Assembly (NCBI GenBank): GCA_963729605.1
Contig: CAVSNY010000007.1
Span: 224,001-288,000 of the forward strand
DNA: 64,000 nt
Direction: 5' to 3'
Source of the DNA: an uncultured Gammaproteobacteria bacterium
Lineage (GTDB): Bacteria; Pseudomonadota; Gammaproteobacteria; DRLM01
Shown here: piece by piece, positions 22,142 to 29,439 of the stretch
Layout of the letters: each line of letters begins with the position of its first letter
Numbering within the stretch: the stretch's first letter is position 1
Made by a program: the position numbers and the translations under genes
Notes under the pieces: generated by a model
What the model was told of the DNA's origin: nothing
Databases searched by the model: none
Seen by the model: the letters and a program-made list of their open reading frames with translations, nothing else

Positions 22142-22189
22142 AGAGGGCCGGGCGTCAATGGTGCTTCCTCAAGCGGTGTCATAATCGAT

Positions 22190-22239
22190 GCAGAGTGGCT
22201 TAGGCGCGTTTTTTGCGCCGTAACGCTAACTCATCCTAC
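22190..22239. repeat. GTAG-class REP-like palindrome (collapsed pair)
   Basis: GCAGAGTGGCTTAG-GCGCG..CGCCG-TAACGCTAACTCATCCTAC, related to the 53772 and 55246 copies. Confidence 0.55.
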
Positions 22240-22307
22240 ATTGAATTTATGTAAGTGCCGTTCGGGTCAGGTTTTGACGTTATTTTCCAAGGCGCGAGGA
22301 TTTTGAG

Positions 22308-22586
22308 ATGAAAGCGACCGCTGAATTACAAATCGTCCCGATCGGCAGGGGTGTCTCGGTCAGGCGTGAAATCATCCGCGTCGTCGAGTTGCTTCATGAG
22401 CATGACTTCATTATTGAGACCCATGCCTCGGGCACCAATGTTGAAGGTGAATTGGCGGAGATACTGGCCGCCGTCGAGAAAATACATGAAGCGCTCCATC
22501 GCGAAGGCTGTGTCCGTTTGGTGAGTTATTTGAAACTGGAAACCCGCACCGATAAGGCGCCGACCTTGGCGGGGAAGAGGCTTTGA
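22308..22586 (+). CDS. MTH1187/UPF0045 thiamine-binding-like protein
   Basis: AELQIVPIG.GVSV, HASGTNVEG, LKLETRTDK. Confidence 0.8.
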   Translation: MKATAELQIVPIGRGVSVRREIIRVVELLHEHDFIIETHASGTNVEGELAEILAAVEKIHEALHREGCVRLVSYLKLETRTDKAPTLAGKRL

Positions 22587-22620
22587 TTATTTCGTGATCG
22601 AGCTCCTTAAATAAAAGGAA

Positions 22621-22670
22621 AACCACCCCGTCCGCTGCGCGGTCACCCCTCCTTGGAAAGGAGGGGAGCT
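22621..22670. repeat. REP-like double hairpin (ACCACCCC...CCCCTCC-N-GGAGGGG family)
   Basis: AACCACCCCGTCCGCTGCGCGGTCACCCCTCCTTGGAAAGGAGGGGAG; the reverse-complement homolog is at 41848-41897. Confidence 0.7.
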
Positions 22671-22807
22671 ATACCTGTTCGCCGCTTTTTCTTTGATGAT
22701 GTGGCGGAGATAACGTGAAAGGTCCGGCGGTTTTTCCGCTGGGGCTGGAGTGCATGCGGCATAGTGTTTACCGCTAAAGGGCGGGTGATGGTGAGACGGT
22801 TTTATCA

Positions 22808-23623
22808 ATGCAAATATTAGTTACCCTGAAAGAATATCAGATCTTGCGCGTGGCCTTGCAAACCGGCGTGCCGCATGTCGAGTGTTCGCTGGACTTGGGC
22901 CGATCCATGACGCGCGTTGAGGTGGCCGATGAGGGCTGGTGTTGGCAAGGCCGATGGTTTCCCTATCTCGAGAGTTGTAACGACAGGACCATCTATTATT
23001 GGGATGGCGAGTCGTTTCAACCGGTGTCGCGTTACACCACGTCCTTGATCAAATTGGTGCCGACTGACTGGGGGGCGCCGACCTTCGAGATCGACGGCAT
23101 CAAAATGCTGCCCACGGCACAACTCTCTCCTTACACCGACGCCGAACGCAAGGTGGCGTTGATACAACCGCGCGGCAAGCTGATATTGGACACCTGCGGC
23201 GGCCTCGGTTATTTCGCCGCCTGGTGCGTGCGCGGCCTGGCCCGGCGGGTGCTGTCTTTTGAAAAGAATCCCGACGTGGTGTGGTTGCGGGATTTAAATC
23301 CCTGGTCGCCGAAGGTGGACGAGGTGTTGAGTTTGACGGTGGGCGATATCGTCGAGCAGATCGTCTCGCTGCCCGATGGTTCGGTCGATGCCATCTTGCA
23401 CGACCCGCCGCGTTTCGGCATCGCCGGCGAACTTTACTCGCAGGTCTTTTACAATCAGTTCGCCCGGGTGCTGCGTCGCAAAGGCAAACTGTTTCATTAC
23501 ACGGGTGCGCCCAACAAATTGACCAGCGGCCGCGACGTGCCCAACGAAGTGGCGAAACGTTTGCGCCGCGCCGGTTTCGTCACGGAGTTGAACGGCGACG
23601 GCGTGCTGGCGGTGAAAAGTTAA
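22808..23623 (+). CDS. SAM-dependent methyltransferase (COG2521-like)
   Basis: APTFEIDGIKM, ILDTCGGLGY, DAILHDPPRF, GKLFHYTG. Confidence 0.8.
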   Translation: MQILVTLKEYQILRVALQTGVPHVECSLDLGRSMTRVEVADEGWCWQGRWFPYLESCNDRTIYYWDGESFQPVSRYTTSLIKLVPTDWGAPTFEIDGIKMLPTAQLSPYTDAERKVALIQPRGKLILDTCGGLGYFAAWCVRGLARRVLSFEKNPDVVWLRDLNPWSPKVDEVLSLTVGDIVEQIVSLPDGSVDAILHDPPRFGIAGELYSQVFYNQFARVLRRKGKLFHYTGAPNKLTSGRDVPNEVAKRLRRAGFVTELNGDGVLAVKS

Positions 23624-23834
23624 GCCGCACTGGCGCCGCGGCGAAGTTATGCGGCCGATCACCGCCCGCGGGTTCACGGTCCTTTTTGAAAGATCGAGTG
23701 GCCCGGCACGCCGGCCTCGCTTGTTCGACATCGAAGAATCTTTCGAATACATCGCTTGTCCGCTCGTGGCGAAGGGCGAAGATGAAAGAAGTGTTCTGCG
23801 GAGTGAGGATGATCATCCGGGCGCCCTCACCCCT

Positions 23835-24347
23835 GCCCTCTCCCGCTCGCGGGAGAGGGAGGAATCCGTCACGCTGACCGTGGCGCCCGTGATATTGCCT
23901 CTCCCGCGCGCGAGGGAGGAATGATTTTGCGAGGTACGAGAAAATTACGGACCAGTCTCTCCCGCGCGCGCGGGAGGAATGGGATGGAATCATTGCGTGT
24001 GCAGGCCGGCGCTGTCTCTCCCGCTCGCGCGAGCGAGGAATGGTGGTGGTCGTTCCGTCCGTTTCGGGTCATGCGCCTCTCCCACTCGTGTGCGCGGGAG
24101 GAATAATGCAGCGGTTCGACAAGAACATTCATGCCGAGCCTCTCGCCCGCGGGAGAGGAGAGAAATCATCGCCCAGGCGGGCGTCGATTTTCCGCTGAGC
24201 CTCCGGCTCGCGGGAGAGAGGGAAGTTGATCGGTTCATCCCCACGCATGTGGGGAACGAGCCTCCCGCGTGCGGGAGAGAGAAGAAATTACTTCCGCAGC
24301 TTCATCATCAGTTCGAACGAGCCTCCGGCTCGCGGGAGAGAGGGAAT
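23835..24347. CRISPR. Orphan, degenerate CRISPR-like array: 9 palindromic repeats (26-31 nt) and 8 unique spacers (30-33 nt)
   Basis: Repeats at 23835-23865, 23897-23922, 23955-23980, 24014-24041, 24075-24104, 24136-24166, 24197-24226, 24258-24288 and 24319-24347. Approximate consensus G(A/T)(G)CCTCTCCCGCnCGCGGGAGAG..GGAAT. Period 57-63 bp. No cas gene in the window. Confidence 0.75.
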
Positions 24348-24463
24348 AATAATGCTCAGCCTGGTATTCCAGTGTTGCGTTAGGTTGCCCATCGTGGACG
24401 GGTTCCAGCTGGGATGCCCCGGCGTCGCTGGCCCGCGACGCCGATGCTGGGATACCATAACCC

Positions 24464-24733
24464 ATGGCCAGGGTCGTCTTCACCGATAACTTGCAGCGGC
24501 TCGTCGCTTGCCCGCCCGTGGAGACGGACGGCGGCAGCTTGCGCGAGGTGCTGGACGCGGCATTCCGGAAACATGCGCGGGTACGGACTTATGTGCTCGA
24601 CGAGCAAGGCGCCATTCGTAAACACGTCGCGGTGTTCATCGACGGCGTCCTGGTCCAAGATCGTCAAACCTTGACGGATCCGGTGTCGCCCACGGCGCAG
24701 GTGTACGTCATGCAAGCCTTGTCGGGAGGATGA
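24464..24733 (+). CDS. MoaD/ThiS ubiquitin-like protein
   Basis: 89-aa beta-grasp pattern, YVLDEQG..RKHV.VFIDG, C-terminal ALSGG. Confidence 0.88.
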   Translation: MARVVFTDNLQRLVACPPVETDGGSLREVLDAAFRKHARVRTYVLDEQGAIRKHVAVFIDGVLVQDRQTLTDPVSPTAQVYVMQALSGG

Positions 24734-24737
24734 TTTC

Positions 24738-25838
24738 ATGTCGAATCGCTTATTGGCGGGGACGCGGAAGGGATTGTTCGTTTTTAATATGGATGACCGG
24801 CACGCGACCTTGAGCGCCACCCATTTTCTCGGCGAGCCCGCGACGGCGGTGCTGCCGGTGAGCGATACGGAGTGGTACGTGTCCTTGGGACACGGCCACT
24901 TCGGCGCCAAACTGCATTACACCGACGACGCGGGCGCGAGCTTCCGTGAAATCGCGTCGCCCGCCTATCCGCCCAAGCCGGAAGGCCTGGAGGATCTCGA
25001 CCCCATGCGTAAGCAGCCCATCCCGTGGGCCGTGCAGCAGAACTGGATACTCGAGGCCGGCGGCGCGGCGGGTGAGCTGTGGTGCGGCACCATACCCGGC
25101 GGCCTGTTCCGCTCCGCCGACCGCGGCGCTTCGTGGCAATTCATGGACGCCTTGTGGAATCAGCCGGCGCGCGCCAAGTGGTTCGGCGGCGGTTACGATT
25201 ATCCGGGCATCCATTCCATTTGCGTCGATCCGCGCGACGCGGCGACGGTGACGGTCGCCGTGTCCTGCGGCGGTCTGTGGCGGACCACGGATCGCGGCCA
25301 GACCTGGAGTTCGCACGGCCGCGGCATGCGCGCCGCGTATATGCCGCCGGAGTTGGCCGGCGATGCCGAGATTCAAGACCCGCATCGCATGGTGCAGTGT
25401 CCGGGCGCGCCGTCGCATTTTTGGATACAGCATCACAACGGCATCTTTCGCTCCACGAACGACGCGGTCGATTGGAGCGAGCGGCACGGCACGCCGTCCA
25501 GCTTCGGCTTCGCGGTGGCGGTCCATCCGCGCGACCCCGACATCGCCTGGTTCGTACCGGCCCAGCAAGACGTCTGCCGCGTGCCGGTGGCGGGCCGCTT
25601 CGGCGTGATGCGCACCCGCGACGGCGGCGACTCGTTCCACTTGTTGACCGAGGGCTTGCCCGACGCGCCGGCCTATCATCTGGTGTATCGTCACGGACTG
25701 GATGTCGACGGCGCCGGCGACACCTTGGCCATGGGTTCCACCACCGGCAGCTTGTGGCTGGGCCGCGACGGCGGCGAGCGTTGGAGCCGGGTCAGCGCCG
25801 AACTGCCCCCTATCAATACCGTTCGCTTCTGCCGCTAG
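24738..25838 (+). CDS. BNR/Asp-box beta-propeller (sialidase-like) protein
   Basis: GTRKGLF start; repeated Asp-box S/T-x-D-x-G-x-S/T-W motifs. Confidence 0.85.
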   Translation: MSNRLLAGTRKGLFVFNMDDRHATLSATHFLGEPATAVLPVSDTEWYVSLGHGHFGAKLHYTDDAGASFREIASPAYPPKPEGLEDLDPMRKQPIPWAVQQNWILEAGGAAGELWCGTIPGGLFRSADRGASWQFMDALWNQPARAKWFGGGYDYPGIHSICVDPRDAATVTVAVSCGGLWRTTDRGQTWSSHGRGMRAAYMPPELAGDAEIQDPHRMVQCPGAPSHFWIQHHNGIFRSTNDAVDWSERHGTPSSFGFAVAVHPRDPDIAWFVPAQQDVCRVPVAGRFGVMRTRDGGDSFHLLTEGLPDAPAYHLVYRHGLDVDGAGDTLAMGSTTGSLWLGRDGGERWSRVSAELPPINTVRFCR

Positions 25839-26180
25839 GGTGATCGGCGGTGTAACCCGATGAGATGACCGGTAACGGCTGACTGGCGGCGTGCTCAATG
25901 ACGTAGCGTGAGCGCCGTGCTGACGCCCCGCCCCGGCCGTTCTCCATCACTCATGATTAATGCCGCCATTGGCCGCGCGCATTGGGCGGTGCGCCGCAAC
26001 GGCCGCGGCCATTTTTATAAATGGCGATCACCCGACGATGGCCCGGCAGGCCGAATGATCGAACCTGTGTTCCGCACGGCCTCCATTTAAATCAGATACG
26101 CTTCTTTCATGGGTTATCTTGTCTAAAAAACGCATTGGGATATTCCGGGCTGCATTGGCCACTTTTTTGAGTCATGATTC

Positions 26181-27749
26181 ATGCAAAACCTTCGTTTCGA
26201 TAATCGCTTCGTTCATCAACTGCCCGCCGATCCCGAAAGTGGCCCGCGCCCGCGGCAAGTACAGGGCGCCGCGTATTCACGCGTCGATCCCACGCCGGTG
26301 AGCGCGCCTCGGCTGGCGGCGTATTCGCGCGAGGTGGCGGCGCTGCTCGGTATCGACGACGCGAGTATTGCATCGCCTGCTTTCGCGCAAGTCTTCGGCG
26401 GTAATGCCCTGCTCGACGGCATGTTGCCTTACGCGGCGAATTACGGCGGTCACCAGTTCGGCCACTGGGCGGGCCAGCTCGGCGACGGCCGCGCGATCAC
26501 GCTCGGCGAAACGATCAACGCGGCGGGCCAGCGCTGGGAACTGCAACTCAAGGGCGCGGGCCCGACGCCGTATTCGCGGCGCGCCGACGGCCGCGCGGTG
26601 TTGCGTTCGTCGGTGCGCGAGTTTCTGTGCAGCGAGGCCATGTTCCATCTCGGCGTGCCCACCACCCGCGCCTTGAGTCTGATGACGACCGGTGAACGGG
26701 TGGTGCGCGATATGTTTTACGACGGTCACCCCAAGGCCGAGCCCGGCGCCATCGTGTGCCGGGTCGCGCCGTCGTTCATCCGCTTCGGCAATTTCGAATT
26801 GCCGGCGGCGCGCGGCGATACGGCGCTGTTGCAACAGTTGATCGACTTCACCATTCGCCGCGATTTCCCCGAATTGAGTGAAGATGACCGCCACGGCGAA
26901 TCGCTGCGCACCGCGTGGTTCGCGCAGGTGTGCGAACGCACGGCGCGCATGGTCGCGCATTGGATGCGGGTAGGTTTCGTGCACGGAGTGATGAACACCG
27001 ACAATATGTCGGTGCTCGGCCTCACCATCGACTACGGACCCTATGGCTGGGTCGATAATTTCGATTTGGATTGGACGCCCAACACCACCGATGCGGAGGG
27101 ACGCCGCTACCGTTTCGGTAATCAACCGGAAATCGCTTATTGGAATTTAACCCGCTTCGCCAATGCAGTGGCGCCGGCCTTCGCCTCGCTGGAACCGCTG
27201 CATGCCGGATTGCAACGTTACGTGGATGTCTTCGAGGTCGCCGAGCGCGGCCACATCGCGGCCAAGCTCGGTCTCGCCGAGGGTTTGGAAGAGGATGTCG
27301 AACTCATGCGGGCCTTGTACGCGTTGCTGCAATCGGCCGAAGTCGATATGACGTTGTTCTTCCGCGCCTTGAGCGATGTGGAGATTGATGCGCCGACGCT
27401 GGCACCGTTGCACGGCGCATTTTACGACGAGGCGAAGCGGCAGCATGCCGAACCCGCCTTCATGGCGTGGCTGACCCGTTATGCGTCGCGCGTGCGCCGC
27501 GATAATGAACCCGCCGGGCAACGGCGCGCGCGCATGCGGGCGGTCAATCCGCGCTACGTGTTGCGCAATTATCTGGCGCAAGAGGCGATAGACCGCGCCG
27601 AGGCCGGCGACGACGCGGGCATACACGAATTGCTCGACGTCTTGCGCCGCCCTTACGACGATCAACCGGACCGCGATTCATTCGCCCAGCGCCGGCCGGA
27701 CTGGGCGCGTCATCGCGCCGGGTGTTCGATGTTGTCATGCAGCTCGTGA
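26181..27749 (+). CDS. selO: Protein adenylyltransferase SelO/YdiU
   Basis: [57 protein letters not shown]-terminal SCSS. Confidence 0.94.
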   Translation: MQNLRFDNRFVHQLPADPESGPRPRQVQGAAYSRVDPTPVSAPRLAAYSREVAALLGIDDASIASPAFAQVFGGNALLDGMLPYAANYGGHQFGHWAGQLGDGRAITLGETINAAGQRWELQLKGAGPTPYSRRADGRAVLRSSVREFLCSEAMFHLGVPTTRALSLMTTGERVVRDMFYDGHPKAEPGAIVCRVAPSFIRFGNFELPAARGDTALLQQLIDFTIRRDFPELSEDDRHGESLRTAWFAQVCERTARMVAHWMRVGFVHGVMNTDNMSVLGLTIDYGPYGWVDNFDLDWTPNTTDAEGRRYRFGNQPEIAYWNLTRFANAVAPAFASLEPLHAGLQRYVDVFEVAERGHIAAKLGLAEGLEEDVELMRALYALLQSAEVDMTLFFRALSDVEIDAPTLAPLHGAFYDEAKRQHAEPAFMAWLTRYASRVRRDNEPAGQRRARMRAVNPRYVLRNYLAQEAIDRAEAGDDAGIHELLDVLRRPYDDQPDRDSFAQRRPDWARHRAGCSMLSCSS

Positions 27750-27868
27750 GGGGTGAATCGGTGACAGGGCGCTTGGGTGTTCGGTCCTGCGTTGTCGAGC
27801 GATGATATTAAGATCGGACGTTCGAGGTTTTAAGCCGCTGAGGCGTGCCGCGTTCGCGACAGCTTTAG

Positions 27869-28019
27869 GGGAAGCGCTGAATAATTCCATCCGGGAATTT
27901 TCAGAACACGAGCAGCGAAAATGGGATTTTCGCCTCGCGCCATTTTCAATGGCTGACACCATTGAAAATGGCCGCACATCCGTATGCCGCGGGAACCTCT
28001 GAATTAAATCAGAGGTTCC
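27869..28019 (-). mobile_element. ~150 bp IS5-like MITE (inverted copy) with a TTAG target duplication
   Basis: TTAG|GGGAAGCGCTGAATAATTC...GAATTAAATCAGAGGTTCC|TTAG; its reverse complement aligns with 13769-13918. Confidence 0.75.
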
Positions 28020-28192
28020 TTAGCAAGCGCATGTGTCGGTGCAATGTGCGGGCGGAGGTGCGGGCGCGCCGGAATTTATTGCGCAGGGCAGAACGCGAAG
28101 TGATCTTTGTTGAAGACCTGTATCGCTGATTCGTCGCCTACCCTGCGCATTCAATATGAATCATGGCATTCCGGATTTCGGCTCAGCCTCAG

Positions 28193-28534
28193 TTAGCCGG
28201 CGTTGACCCGGTAATGCCCTTCGCCGGCCGCGTCTTGTGTGCAGTGTTGGCCGATGACGGCCGGTTCCATTTCATCGTCGAACATTAAACCCATGCCGCT
28301 GCTGGTGACTCGCACCACCATGGCCTTGGTGCGCAACAGCGGTTGATTGATGTCTTTTTTGAGGGGGAACACGACCTCGATCAAGGCGTGTAGCGGCAGG
28401 CGCATTCGTCCGGTGTGGACGAACATGCCATGCCGGCTGAGATTGAGGGCGTTCGCTTGGAGTAAACCAAGGCTGTTGTAATAAATGGCGACTGGGGTAT
28501 TCGATGCGGCCCGTTCGCTCAGGCGATGTTCCAT
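28193..28534 (-). CDS. Single-domain PilZ protein
   Basis: EHRLSER (RxxxR), NLSRHG (D/NxSxxG), AMVVRV..GMGLMF. Confidence 0.8.
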   Translation of the reverse strand: MEHRLSERAASNTPVAIYYNSLGLLQANALNLSRHGMFVHTGRMRLPLHALIEVVFPLKKDINQPLLRTKAMVVRVTSSGMGLMFDDEMEPAVIGQHCTQDAAGEGHYRVNAG

Positions 28535-28818
28535 AATGACCTCCATTTTCCATTTAGTCAGCGTGCCGATGGGCGTTGGAGTCGCGCGAGCGCGGTTTGT
28601 AAAGACTCCAAAAACACCGGTGCGCGCCGGATACGACAAGGCGCAATGACGTCAGCTTGGGACGGGGTGCAACGTTGCAGTGATGCAATGATGGGTTGCG
28701 CCGCCAGTTGAAGCCGCATTTGCATCGAGCCGGAGAGAAATGCGGCAACGGTTAGTTAATAAAAGCCTAAGTTCCGGCCAAGATAAAGCACGGTATATGC
28801 GAATGATGATTGGGGTAT

Positions 28819-29439
28819 CTACCGAGATTCCCGGCAGGCTACCGTCACTCTCACCAATTCGGCCACGGATTTGACGTGGAGTTTTTGCATGATTTTGGCG
28901 CGGTGGGCCTCGACGGTCTTGGTGCTCAAACCCAGGTCCGCGGCGATGCGCTTGCTGGATTCGCCGGCGATGACACGATCCAGCACCTCATGCTCGCGTT
29001 TGGTGAGATGGGCCAGGCCTTCCTTGGCTTCGCCGAGGGCGGCTTGTCTACCCCGGTTTTCGGTGTCTTGTTGCAGGGCATGTTGGATACGGTCCAGCAA
29101 GGCCTGGTCGTTGAAAGGTTTTTCGATGAAATCGACCGCGCCATTTTTCAAGGCGCGCACCGCCATGGGGACGTCGCCGTGGCCGGTGATAATGATGATA
29201 GGGATTTCAATGTGATGGGTTCTGAGGTGTTCCTGTAGCTCCAGGCCGCTGATTTCGGGCATGCGCACATCCAGCACGACGCAGCCGGGGCGGTCGTTAT
29301 GGAAACTGTTGAGAAAATCGCGGGCCGAACCATAGGTTTCCACCGGCAGACCGACCGATTCGATCAGCCAGCGCAACGATTCCCGCACCGCTTTGTCGTC
29401 GTCGATCACATAGGTAATGGGTTGGCTGCTGGTCATCAT
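28819..29439 (-). CDS. FixJ/TtrR-family response regulator (REC plus LuxR-type HTH)
   Basis: VIDDDKAVRESL, LDVRMP, ITGHGDVPMAV, KTVEAHRAKIMQKL. Confidence 0.93.
   Translation of the reverse strand: MMTSSQPITYVIDDDKAVRESLRWLIESVGLPVETYGSARDFLNSFHNDRPGCVVLDVRMPEISGLELQEHLRTHHIEIPIIIITGHGDVPMAVRALKNGAVDFIEKPFNDQALLDRIQHALQQDTENRGRQAALGEAKEGLAHLTKREHEVLDRVIAGESSKRIAADLGLSTKTVEAHRAKIMQKLHVKSVAELVRVTVACRESR

Noticed and set aside
23835-24347. Reading the array as a simple VNTR, a BIME or a TIGR array
   Set aside because: The intervening segments are mutually unrelated and the repeats are all in direct orientation, unlike a VNTR or BIME. The ~60 bp unit with one long spacer does not fit the ~36-nt dual-spacer TIGR layout.
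23580-24489. Multiple overlapping ORFs across the array (e.g. 23580..23993, 23979..24383)
   Set aside because: They are translations of the repeats (recurring SRAREE/LPRAR) with no recognisable domain, so they are treated as non-coding.
27720-27760. TGA directly after the SelO C-terminal SCSS, as possible selenocysteine readthrough
   Set aside because: The Sec-equivalent position is already Cys (CSMLSCSS), and bacterial SelO normally ends in xCSS, so the TGA is an ordinary stop.
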